Below are positions 32,957 through 43,292 of a DNA stretch of 61,036 nucleotides, in pieces. Location: the NCBI GenBank assembly GCA_039587215.1, contig JBDHIW010000005.1, positions 1 through 61,036 on the forward strand, given 5' to 3'. Source of the stretch: Gemmatimonadota bacterium (GTDB lineage: Bacteria; Gemmatimonadota; Gemmatimonadetes; Gemmatimonadales; GWC2-71-9). The notes under the pieces are model-generated. The model ran no database searches, had not been told where the DNA came from, and worked only from the letters and a program-made list of their open reading frames with translations. The translations under genes and the position numbers were made by a program. The first letter of the stretch is position 1. Every line of letters begins with the position of its first letter.

Positions 32957-32963
32957 CCCGTCG

Positions 32964-33824
32964 CTAGGCGGCGTCGACGATCTCCATCACGCGACGGTAC
33001 CGCTCGTCGGGCCGGTCGAAGCCCAGGTTGCTCACGTAGACCTTGTCGACCCCGACCTCACGCAACGCCAGGATCGACTGCGCGCACACCTCGTCGGCCG
33101 ACCGACCCGCAGCAAAATCCTTGGCGATCCCGTCGGCCGGGACGGGGAAGAACTCGCCGAGACGCTCGAGCGTCCGCGGATTGGCCGATCGATAGTAGAA
33201 CACGCCGAACACGCCCGGGACCTCGATGTCCGCTCGCCGCAATCCCGTGACGAGGCGCTCGACCGCCCCGATGCTGTGATGCGAGACGACCTGGGTGAGG
33301 AAGAAGTCGGCCGTGAAGGTATTCGCGCCGAGATAGCCCACCTGCTCCGCCGCGTCGCGGTGTGGATTGGCCCAGCCGCCGAGGACGAGGCCCGGCTGCC
33401 GCTCGCGGATACGCTGCCGCAACTGATACGCGTGCTCGACGCATCGCGGCGGACCGACGGTACGATCTCCACCCAGCACGGTCACCGCCTCGAAGCCGTG
33501 CGCCGCCGCGCGCGCCGCGTACATGAGGCAGTAGTCCTCCGAGTGCTTCGTCGTCAGGAACGGGACGACCTTGGCCGGCGGTACGTCCCCCGCGAGGTTG
33601 GCGGCGAGGTGATTCAGGTTCTCCTCTTCCGCCTGCCCCACGGCATTGTCCGTGAGAAAGAGCAGCGCGTCGCCACGGGCGAGGCGACGCAATCCGTGGT
33701 ACATGTCGATCCACGTATCCATGCTCTGCGCCGCACCCAGCCCGCTGCGGGGCGGGCGAAGCTCGACCGTGACAAGAGGCGTCGGCGCTCGAAGGCGCGC
33801 GAGGACGGATCCGGGCTCATTCAT
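32964..33824 (-). CDS. Short methylenetetrahydrofolate reductase-like protein (second MetF paralog)
   Basis: VTVELRPPRSG, AVTVLGGDRTVG and FFLTQVV parallel the MTHFR motifs (fEffPP, LrGD, iTQ). 286 aa. Convergent with the metH operon, with a 7-nt gap. Confidence 0.7.
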   Translation of the reverse strand: MNEPGSVLARLRAPTPLVTVELRPPRSGLGAAQSMDTWIDMYHGLRRLARGDALLFLTDNAVGQAEEENLNHLAANLAGDVPPAKVVPFLTTKHSEDYCLMYAARAAAHGFEAVTVLGGDRTVGPPRCVEHAYQLRQRIRERQPGLVLGGWANPHRDAAEQVGYLGANTFTADFFLTQVVSHHSIGAVERLVTGLRRADIEVPGVFGVFYYRSANPRTLERLGEFFPVPADGIAKDFAAGRSADEVCAQSILALREVGVDKVYVSNLGFDRPDERYRRVMEIVDAA

Positions 33825-33912
33825 GATGTCTCGAAGCTAACCGCAGGCGGCCAGGCCGGGCAGAGTGTAGAATGGTGGGCAACGACACTCGCTCCCCTTC
33901 GCGGATCCGCGC

Positions 33913-34746
33913 ATGCACATCGTGTTCGTGACCGGCGCCTCGACGGGCATCGGCCAGGCCACCACCCGCTATCTCGCCGAACGCGGTATTCGGGTCTGTG
34001 CGGGCTACCGCACCGATGCGGACGGCGACGCGCTGGCGGCGCTGTCGCCGAACGTCATCCCAGTCCAAATCGACGTGACGAAAGCGGACGAGGTCGAGGC
34101 CGCGGCCGCAGCCGTGCGCGAGGCGGGGGACGGGCGGCTCGACGGCCTGGTGAACAATGCCGGCATCACGATGCCGGGACCGCTCGAGGGCCTGCCGCTC
34201 GAGAAGATCCGCTACCAGTTCGAGGTCAACCTGTTCGGGATGCTCGCGGTGACGCAGGCGTGCCTGCCGATGTTGCGACGCGCACGCGGACGGATCGTGA
34301 ACGTCAGCTCGATCAACGGCCGCATCGCCATGGCGTTCAATGCGCCCTATGCCGCGACCAAATTCGGCATGGAAGCGATGAGCGACGGACTCCGCCTGGA
34401 GTTGCGTCGGTGGGGCATCGAGGTGGCTGTCGTGCAGCCCGGCGCGATCGAGAGCGAGATCTGGGACACGTCCTGGCGCCGTGCGATCGACAACTTTCGG
34501 AATCTGCGTCCGGAGGCGAAGGAGTTCTACCGCAGTATCGCTGAGAAGCTGGAGGCGCGCGGTCCGCGCATGCCGAAACGCGCGATCCCAGGGGAGCGCG
34601 TGGCCCAAGTGATCCACCATGCGCTCACGGCGCGGCGCCCGAAGACCCGGTATCTCGTCGGTCGCGATGCCAAGATCGGGGCGTTCTTCAAATGGCTGAC
34701 GCCGGACCGCATCGCGGACCTCGTCCTCCTGCGCCGGCGGCGATGA
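33913..34746 (+). CDS. Short-chain dehydrogenase/reductase (SDR)
   Basis: TGASTGIG cofactor motif, NNAGI, and catalytic YAATKFG (YxxxK). Confidence 0.9.
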   Translation: MHIVFVTGASTGIGQATTRYLAERGIRVCAGYRTDADGDALAALSPNVIPVQIDVTKADEVEAAAAAVREAGDGRLDGLVNNAGITMPGPLEGLPLEKIRYQFEVNLFGMLAVTQACLPMLRRARGRIVNVSSINGRIAMAFNAPYAATKFGMEAMSDGLRLELRRWGIEVAVVQPGAIESEIWDTSWRRAIDNFRNLRPEAKEFYRSIAEKLEARGPRMPKRAIPGERVAQVIHHALTARRPKTRYLVGRDAKIGAFFKWLTPDRIADLVLLRRRR

Positions 34747-34882
34747 CGGCGCAGACGACACGCTGTTTCAGGGTCCGGTGCGCGCTTTCGAGTAAACTTC
34801 ACCGGAACTTCAGGGCACCAAGGAGAGCATAGGCAGGTGCCGCATGCCGGTGACGTTCGACCACCACGGCCAAGGAACGACC

Positions 34883-35038
34883 ATGTCATATCTCCGGAAC
34901 CTGCGCATCCGCTTTGAGTTCTTCGCGCCATTCCTGGGCGTACTCCTCATCGTGTTCGCGTTGTTCATCCAGAATGACCGGCGTATGACCGATCTCGAGG
35001 GGCGCATCGAAGCGCTCGAGACGCGACTGACACCGTGA
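34883..35038 (+). CDS. Small single-TM hypothetical protein
   Basis: ATG 34883 is preceded by aaggaa. One TM segment (FFAPFLGVLLIVFALFI) followed by a short coiled-coil-like tail. Its stop overlaps the next GTG start (GTGA). Confidence 0.4.
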   Translation: MSYLRNLRIRFEFFAPFLGVLLIVFALFIQNDRRMTDLEGRIEALETRLTP

Positions 35039-35697
35039 CCGATCGACGGTACTCCGACGACGAGGTCGCCCTCATCCTGCGCAAGGCGGCCGACCTGCAG
35101 GTCCAAGGGGCCGTGCCGGCGCAGGGGCTCGACCTCGCAGCCATCCAAGACATCGCCAAAGAAGTGGGTATCCGACCGGAGACGGTCGCCGAAGCGGCGG
35201 ACATCATCGCACGCAGCCCCCTGACGCCCAGCGCCGGGTCCTCGAACAGCAAGTTCCACATGGAGCTCTTCGCGCCCGCCAAGCTGAGCGAATCCGAACT
35301 CGCCGAACTGCCCAGCGTCATCAGGCAGGTCCTCCAGCACCAGGGGCGCGTCCACGAAGTGCTCGGGACGGTCGAGTGGACGAGTGTCGGGGAGCCCAGT
35401 CAGATCGCGGTCGTGATTCGCCCAACCGAGAACGGGACGAAGATCGAGATGAGCGCCAACCGCGAGGGGTCGGCCGTGTTGAGCTTCGTGCCGACCACGC
35501 TGGGCGGCACACTGCTCGGGGCGATCATCGGTGCGACGACCGAGCCGAACGTGGGTGTCGGTATCGCACTCATGGCTGCGACGGCGACCGCCGGCGCGTC
35601 ACTGGGATGGGCCATCTGGCAGCGCAACACGGCGCACTTCAAGCGGAAGATGCTGCGCCTCGCCGATGCCCTCCGGGAGACGCTGAAGCGGGACTAG
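35035..35697 (+). CDS. Hypothetical membrane-anchored protein
   Basis: 220 aa with good G/C third positions. Soluble N-terminal part (YSDDEVALILRKAADLQ...IQDIAKEVGIRPETVAEAADII), then two C-terminal TM segments. I recognise no family. Confidence 0.55.
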   Translation: MTDRRYSDDEVALILRKAADLQVQGAVPAQGLDLAAIQDIAKEVGIRPETVAEAADIIARSPLTPSAGSSNSKFHMELFAPAKLSESELAELPSVIRQVLQHQGRVHEVLGTVEWTSVGEPSQIAVVIRPTENGTKIEMSANREGSAVLSFVPTTLGGTLLGAIIGATTEPNVGVGIALMAATATAGASLGWAIWQRNTAHFKRKMLRLADALRETLKRD

Positions 35698-35705
35698 CGC
35701 TCGGA

Positions 35706-38390
35706 TCAGTTCGGGGGAACGCGCTCGCGCAGTTCCTCGAACCAGTTGTCGACCACCACGATCTGGCCCGACTCGCCCGCGCCGCGGAAGCGGATCATCG
35801 CGAACTGTTCGCCGTCCGGCGTCACATCGTACTGCGGATGGAACGCGTAGTTGTAGTATCCCACGGTCTCGAACAGCACGGTCGATTGGACCACGACGAA
35901 CGAGTCGCCACCCTCGACCTCGGCCGCGATGAACTGGCCGTTGGCATTCTTGTAGAACAGTTCGCGTCCGCTACGTGCCCAGACGGGCTCTGCCCCACCC
36001 GCCGTGGAGACCTGCCATCGGCCGGCGTTCACGTCCGGGAACGGGCGAACGTAGAGCTCCCATCGGCCCGATTCATCGGAAATGTAGGCTAACCACCTTC
36101 CATCCGGCGACAGCGTCGGTGAATGCTCGTTGATGCTGGAGTCGGCGATCAGCGGGACCGCAGTCGTGTCACCATTCGTTCGACGCATTGCGATGTCGAG
36201 AACATTGTTGCGGCCCGTTCGGTATACCAGCCACTCGCCGTCGGGCGAGAGCTCGACCTGGTTCACCGGCTCCGGCAAGTCGAGTACCAGTTCCGCCTGG
36301 CCGACCCCGTCCGCGCGTTTGCGGTACGCATCCCGGGTCTCCCCCCGATCCGAGATGAAGAGCAGCGCCCTCCCGTCCGGCGTCCACCACGGACGGTGGT
36401 CCTGCCCCTGCGGAAAGGTGATGCGAGAGAGCGGGCCCCGATCGAGTTGCTTGACCCACAGGTCGCGGCCTGCGTCGCCGATGATGCCCAGCGCGAGCTG
36501 GGATCCGTCGGGAGAGATCGCCGGAGTGTAAAACTCGCCGGTCCAGTCCGGGTCGATCGGCCGGGCGGCACCGTCGCGATCCACCCACACCATCTCATTG
36601 GGTTCCTCCGTCACGCCGCCCGAGACGTACATCAAGGAGCCCGACGCGGCGAGCGAGAAATCCATGGACCCGAACGCACGCACGCTGACGCCCTCGAGCA
36701 GGGCAACCCCCGGGCCGGTGAGTTCGAGACTGCGCTCGTCGAATGGGGCCGCCAGCACTGAACCGTCCGCGGTCACATAGACCAGATGCCCCGACACCGC
36801 GTACCGCCCCTGCACGCCGCGGACGAGCCGCCGGTGCTCGCCCGTTTCGACGTCGAGCACGGCGACACTGAATTCGTCGACGTCGTTGGCGGTCGCCACC
36901 GTCATCAGAATGCCGCGCCCCGACGGAAGTGCGTGTGGCCAGTTGTGGGCCTGGTCGCCCGCGGCGCTGTCCAGCGTCGAGACGGGTTCGACCTCCCCCC
37001 CAATCGCGGGCACGCGAACGATGACATCCTCCGCTCCCACAACGTAAAAGAATCCATCGCTCGACCAGGTGCCCCCGTCGATCCCGAGTCCACGAGCAGC
37101 GAGCGCGAGCGGCGGGCCACCCGCCAGGGTAATCGTGTGAAGCGTCGCAGGCCCCGGCGTGAAAAACGCAACCGCGTCACCCGTGGGCGAGAAAAACGGA
37201 TGCACGGCGGCATCCGTGCCGGGCAGCGGCCGAGCCGACAGTTGATCGCGCTCACGCACCCACAACTGCACACCCGCCTCACCACGCCCCACGAACACGA
37301 AACGCGATCCGTCGGGCGAGATCGCAAGGCGGCTGGCATACCGCGGGACGATGCCTTCTCCCTCGGGCATCGACAGCCCGTACCGCCGCAGCGGCGCGGC
37401 GTCCGGCCGTGCGGGTCGGAGCCAGCCTGCGACGGCGGCGAGTCCGAGTACCGCAGCGATGGCCGGCCAGCGATACCGCGCGAGCCCCGACGCCGCCGGA
37501 CCCACCGTGGCGGATGGACTCGCCATCGTCGCCACCGTGAAGCCGGGGTTCTTGAGCGCGTCGGCGAACTCGGCCGCCGAGTGAAACCGGTCGGCCGGCA
37601 GTTTGCTCAGCGACTTGGCGATCGCCGCCACGACGTTGCCCGGCACCGTGTCGCGCACCGTGTCGATCACGGGCGCCTTCTCGGTGATCACCTTGGCCAC
37701 GATGGCCTGCGCCGTGCTCCCGGTGTACGGCGGGTCGCCCGCCAGCATCTCGTAGAGCATGGCGCCCAGCGAGTACACGTCGCTCCGCGCATCCAACTCG
37801 CGGTCGCCCATGGCCTGTTCCGGGCTCATGTAGTGCGGCGTTCCGATCGACAGCCCCGTCTCCGTGAGCCGACTGCTGCCCGCGTGACTCACGGCCAGCG
37901 CGATCCCGAAGTCCGCGACGAGTGCCTGCCCGTCGTGCATCAGGATGTTCTCGGGCTTGATATCCCGGTGGATCACGCCCTGTCGATGGGCGTAGTCCAG
38001 GGCCGACGCGACGGCCCGCGCGATCTCCACGCCCTCCTCGATGCCGAGCTGTTTCTCGCGGGCCAACAGGTCGCGCAGCGACTCGCCCTCGACGTACGGC
38101 ATCACATAGAAGAGGAGTTCCGGCCCGCCGTCGCCGCTCACCGTCCCGCTGTCGTGGAGCGGCAGGATGTGCGGGTGCTGCAGGTTGGCCGTGACCTTGA
38201 TCTCATTCAGGAACCGCTCGGCGCCGATTACCGCGGCCAGTTCGGGACGCAGCACCTTGAGCGCGACTTTGCGGTCGTGCTTCACGTCGTGCGCGAGGAA
38301 GACGGTCGCCATCCCACCCTCGCCCAAATGGCGCTCGATGCGATAGCGGTCCGCGAGCGCGGCTCCGATCTGTTCCGTGATGTTGCTCAT
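35706..38390 (-). CDS. Ser/Thr protein kinase with TM segment and C-terminal TolB-like (PD40/WD40-like) beta-propeller
   Basis: ATG 38390 (MSNITEQ...). Kinase motifs GEGGMATVF, VALKVL, HRDIKPENIL, DFGIA, GTPHYMSPEQ. TM segment WPAIAAVLGLAAVAGWL. Six or more blade motifs: ISPDGSRFVF, FSPTGDAVAF, ISPDGSQLAL, WTPDGRALLF, LSPDGEWLVY, LSPDGRWLAY. Confidence 0.9.
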   Translation of the reverse strand: MSNITEQIGAALADRYRIERHLGEGGMATVFLAHDVKHDRKVALKVLRPELAAVIGAERFLNEIKVTANLQHPHILPLHDSGTVSGDGGPELLFYVMPYVEGESLRDLLAREKQLGIEEGVEIARAVASALDYAHRQGVIHRDIKPENILMHDGQALVADFGIALAVSHAGSSRLTETGLSIGTPHYMSPEQAMGDRELDARSDVYSLGAMLYEMLAGDPPYTGSTAQAIVAKVITEKAPVIDTVRDTVPGNVVAAIAKSLSKLPADRFHSAAEFADALKNPGFTVATMASPSATVGPAASGLARYRWPAIAAVLGLAAVAGWLRPARPDAAPLRRYGLSMPEGEGIVPRYASRLAISPDGSRFVFVGRGEAGVQLWVRERDQLSARPLPGTDAAVHPFFSPTGDAVAFFTPGPATLHTITLAGGPPLALAARGLGIDGGTWSSDGFFYVVGAEDVIVRVPAIGGEVEPVSTLDSAAGDQAHNWPHALPSGRGILMTVATANDVDEFSVAVLDVETGEHRRLVRGVQGRYAVSGHLVYVTADGSVLAAPFDERSLELTGPGVALLEGVSVRAFGSMDFSLAASGSLMYVSGGVTEEPNEMVWVDRDGAARPIDPDWTGEFYTPAISPDGSQLALGIIGDAGRDLWVKQLDRGPLSRITFPQGQDHRPWWTPDGRALLFISDRGETRDAYRKRADGVGQAELVLDLPEPVNQVELSPDGEWLVYRTGRNNVLDIAMRRTNGDTTAVPLIADSSINEHSPTLSPDGRWLAYISDESGRWELYVRPFPDVNAGRWQVSTAGGAEPVWARSGRELFYKNANGQFIAAEVEGGDSFVVVQSTVLFETVGYYNYAFHPQYDVTPDGEQFAMIRFRGAGESGQIVVVDNWFEELRERVPPN

Positions 38391-38445
38391 GGCCGCGAAG
38401 TATGCCGCGGCAACGGCGTGTGCGCGAGGGGGAGTACCGCTCCCA

Positions 38446-39755
38446 CTACAGCCGACCCTTCCGCTTGAGTTCCAGGTAGCGATCCACCACCGCCCGGCTC
38501 GCGTCGCGCGGGTGCGCATCGAGCACGACGGCCCCGCTCCGACGCATCTGGGCGAGCGCGGCCTCGCGTTCGTGCAAGAGTTCTTCGGCGGCGGCCTTGC
38601 GGTAGCCGTCCGTCGGCGCCCCGGGCCGCGCCGTAGCCGTCGCGTCCAGCTCGGGATTGCGGAGCGTCACGACGAGCGGCAGATGCCGCGGCCGAAGCGA
38701 GGCGACGTTGGCAACGAGAGCCTCGGACGCCATGCGGTCGATCACGTCGGTGAAGAGCACGGTGAGCGCGCGCTTCCGGTTCCGGACCGCGAGATACCGG
38801 AACGCCGCCGGATAGTCGGACTCCACGAGCGTCGGCTGGGCATCGGCCAGCACGTCCAGCACCTGCCGGAGCCCGCGACGGCCGCGCTGCGGCGCGACGT
38901 AGTGATGCACTTCGTTCGAGAACAGCATGATGCCGACGTTGTCGTCGTGGTGGTTTGCGGCAAATGCAAGCCACAGGGCGGCCCGCACCACGTGCTCCAT
39001 GCGGGACTCGCCTTCGATGTCCGCCGTGAGCAAGCGACCGGCGTCGAGGACGAGGAGGACCTGCTGACGGCGTTCTTCCTCGAACTGCCGCACGATGAGC
39101 TTCCGGCGCCGCGCCGAGGCCTTCCAGTCGAGATGCCGCGGGTCGTCGCCGGGGACGTACGCGCGGAGGCTCTCGAACTGCCGCCCCTCACCGAGCTGCC
39201 GGACCGCTCGGAGGCCCGCCTCCCTGCGGCGCACGGCCTCGGCGATCGATGCCTTGAGGCGCGACGCCGGCATCGCCGGATACACCGTGACCCGCCAGGG
39301 CGCATCGACTCGCCACTGACGTACGCCGAGCCCGAGCGGCCCGCGCGAGCGCACCGCGAGCCACCCTCCCTCCTCGCGACCGCGCGCGTGCGGGGAGACG
39401 GTGACGCGTTCGCGGCAGGACTCCTCGGCGGCGAGCGTGACGTCGCGCGTCGCCTGCACGCCACCCAGCACACCTGGCCGAATCTCCCGCACGGTCAACC
39501 GCGCGCGGCGACCGGTCCGGTTGTGCCAGCGGTAGTGGACCGTGGTCTCGCGACCGACCGCGAAGGCGTTCGGGGCGTCCCGTTCGGTCGCGATCGTCGA
39601 GGCCCCGGGCGCCAACCGCAGATCGAGGGCTACCGCCAGCACCCAGAGCACATCGAGCCCGATGAGGAGATCCAGCGCGCCGCCCCACCACACGCCCAGC
39701 AGGGCCACCGGGGTCACGGCAGCCAGGACGGCGAGCGCCCGTCGCGTGGGCAGTA

Positions 39756-39759
<4 letters not shown>
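38446..39759 (-). CDS. DUF58 domain protein (MoxR-associated, VWA-like fold)
   Basis: GTG start overlaps the MoxR stop (GTGA). Two N-terminal TM segments. DUF58 signature FESLRAYVPGDDPRHLDWKASARRRKLIVRQFEEE. Confidence 0.85.
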
Positions 39760-40709
<950 letters not shown>

Positions 40710-41864
40710 ACGTCCTCCACGGCATGCGCGGCGAGCGCGACACTCTCGGCGTCGCCGCGGTGATCGATCGCGTGACGCAGACGCCGGAACGCGGCATCCG
40801 CATCGGAGGTTCGGCTCGAACGCCCGAGGGCGTCGAGCCACTGCGGATCGGCGTCGGCGCTGGGGCGCGCGGCACCGGCACGCCCCAGTCGGCGCCGGAG
40901 CCCGCCGGCGATGAGCTGCACGGCGGTGGCCGACGCCCCGGACCGTTCGAGTCCGACCGCGAGCGCTTCGAGGTGCTCGAGCGGCGAGCGCCGCCGACGC
41001 TCGACCACGTGAAGCGCCGGACCGAACCGCACTCCGAGGACGAGGAGCGCGAGCAGCCCGACGGCGGCGAGATGCAGCATGGCCCACCCCGGTGGGCGCG
41101 TGAGCATCCACGTCCACGTGGCGCCGACCAGCGACGGTCGCTCCCCGAACCCGTGGTGATACTCGTCGACGCGCAACGTCGTGATGCCCTCGCCGAGGAT
41201 GAGCGGCACCAGTACGCTGCCCGCTTCCGAATCCCGGAGCACGCGATTCGACAGATACGCCGGGTCGGCGATGAGTACCACGCGGCCGCCGCCCTTCACT
41301 TCATCGACGCGCACGACCGGTGCGCTCCGCTCGTTGCGGATCACGGCCGCCGTCTTTCCCCAGGGGATCGCGCTGCACCGCGACCAGACGGACGGCGGCG
41401 CGTCGGCATCCGGCGCGGCGGGCGGTGCGTCCAGCCGCCACCGCGAGTCGGGCAGCCGTTCGTCGGCGATGGCGATGCGCCGGACCCCTTCTTCGACCGG
41501 GGCCCCGAGGCACGCGGTCACCCGCGACGGTCCGGCCACGAGCACCCCGCCGCCCCGCTGGACCCATTCGAGCACTGCCTCGACGCCGCGATCGTCGAGG
41601 TCGTCCGTCAGACCGAGCCCCAGCACCCCGAGCCACGCCCCGGGCTCCGGTTGACCGAGCGTGCGGGGCGTGACCGGGCGCGTCCACCGATCGACGGTCA
41701 CGCCGAAACGCTCCAACGCGTCGGCGAAGCCGGAGGCGCCGTTCGGGCCGAACAGCTCCACCGACAGCCGCGGGTCGCGCAGCTCCGCGGGCGACGCGCG
41801 ACGCCCGGCGATGCTCACGACGGCCAGCACGACCGCGAAGCCTCCGAGCAGGAGCCAGGTCGCG

Positions 41865-42485
41865 CTACGCCGGTCCATGCCCCAGCACCGCGTCGGTGCG
41901 TCGGTCGAACTCGGCGAGGGCGGCGGGGTCGAGCGGTGCGCCACCGAACAGGTGGGCGTACAGCCAGTCGATCGTGTCCCGCAGCGCGCCCTGCCCCGCC
42001 GGACCCAGCTGCGCCTCGTTCGCGTACTCCGCCGGCGTCTTCGACGGATGCGCGCGCAGCACCCGTTTGCCGTCCAGCAGGAAGACCAGTGCCGCGAAGC
42101 GATGGGCGAGCGAGTCCGCGTAGCGTCCCTCGGCCTCGAGCCGCTCCGCCTCGCGGCGGTACCACGCGGCGTCCTTGCGTTCGCGCGCGCGGAGCGCCGG
42201 GGCCATGACGGTCTCGCTCCGCCGCCGGAAGGCGAGGACGGTCAGGTAGCCCACGTGCACCAGAATGCCGACGAGGAGGACGATCAGCCCCGCGACCAGC
42301 GCGTAGTACGCGCCTGGATGGGTCGCTTCGAGCACCGCTAGCCACTCGGCGACGCGCCACCACTGATCCAGAAACCACCGCCAGGGGCTTGGCGGGATGT
42401 CCCACTCGTACCGCGGCGCCGCGAAGACCTCGTCCAGGACCGCGCGGACCGAATCGGCCGCGACCGGCGCCTGCGGAGGGATCAC
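41865..42485 (-). CDS. DUF4129-like membrane protein
   Basis: GTG start overlaps the upstream stop (GTGA). One TM segment (GAYYALVAGLIVLLVGILVHVGYL). C-terminal ...HPSKTPAEYANEA...LYAHLFGG resembles the DUF4129 core. Confidence 0.6.
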   Translation of the reverse strand: MIPPQAPVAADSVRAVLDEVFAAPRYEWDIPPSPWRWFLDQWWRVAEWLAVLEATHPGAYYALVAGLIVLLVGILVHVGYLTVLAFRRRSETVMAPALRARERKDAAWYRREAERLEAEGRYADSLAHRFAALVFLLDGKRVLRAHPSKTPAEYANEAQLGPAGQGALRDTIDWLYAHLFGGAPLDPAALAEFDRRTDAVLGHGPA

Positions 42486-43234
42486 CCCTGGACCTCGAAC
42501 TCGCCGGTCAGTTCACGGTGCAGGTGCTCGAGGTCGAACGCCTCCTTCCGCACCCGCAGATCGTAGTAGTAGAGCGTGAACGCACAGACGATGATCGGAT
42601 AGATGAGCAGGCCAACGACCTGTCCTCCGACGCTGAAGAACGTCTCCAACGACGGGAGCACCGCGGCCAGCACACCGAACGCGATGATCGGCAGGTAAAA
42701 GAGGAAGAACACGATGAACCCGAGGACGAATGCCTTGCCGCGGTAGCCCTTGGTCAGCTCCCACGAACGCCCGATCGACCGCACGCCGCCTTCCTGCTCG
42801 AGGACCACCACCTGGGACACGACCGCCAGCCCGCACAGTACGACGATCCCCGGCACGATGAAGAAGACCAGCCCGACGAGCATGAGGAAGTACTTGAGGA
42901 ACCCGGCCACGAGCAGGGACCACGCCCGGCTGAGCGCGTAGCGCAGTGAATCCCCGAGGTCGGCCTCATGGCCGAGATAGGCCTCCGAGATCACCCACAC
43001 CGTGGCACCCGCGGCGAGGAGACCCCCGATCCCGCCCAGGATGCTTGCCAGGATCACGAGCCCGGGCTCGGCCACGAGCCCGCCCGACAGTCCCGCGTAA
43101 GCGTTGATCACCGTCGGAACGCCCTGCGTCACCACCGCGATCGACACCAGCACCGGAAAGCTCTCGCGGTAGATCGCGATCGCGCCGTCCAGCGTCTCGC
43201 CGATCGACATCGGACGCAGTTCGTATCCCGCCAT
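42482..43234 (-). CDS. Polytopic membrane protein (GPDPase-membrane-domain / DUF975-like)
   Basis: ATG 43234 is preceded by gggaggg. MAGYELRPMSIGETLDGAIAIYRESF... N-terminus, five or six TM segments, and ...YYYDLRVRKEAFDLE... tail, as in the glycerophosphodiester-phosphodiesterase membrane-domain family. Confidence 0.65.
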   Translation of the reverse strand: MAGYELRPMSIGETLDGAIAIYRESFPVLVSIAVVTQGVPTVINAYAGLSGGLVAEPGLVILASILGGIGGLLAAGATVWVISEAYLGHEADLGDSLRYALSRAWSLLVAGFLKYFLMLVGLVFFIVPGIVVLCGLAVVSQVVVLEQEGGVRSIGRSWELTKGYRGKAFVLGFIVFFLFYLPIIAFGVLAAVLPSLETFFSVGGQVVGLLIYPIIVCAFTLYYYDLRVRKEAFDLEHLHRELTGEFEVQG

Positions 43235-43292
43235 GATCCCTCCCTCGTGAGTGATGGCCCGCCGCTGGCTTCGGCGATAAGATGGGACGCAA

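Noticed and set aside
33850-33880. TAGAAT -10-like hexamer (gtgtagaat) upstream of the SDR gene as a promoter
   Set aside because: There is no acceptable -35 element at 16-18 nt. A single hexamer match is expected by chance.
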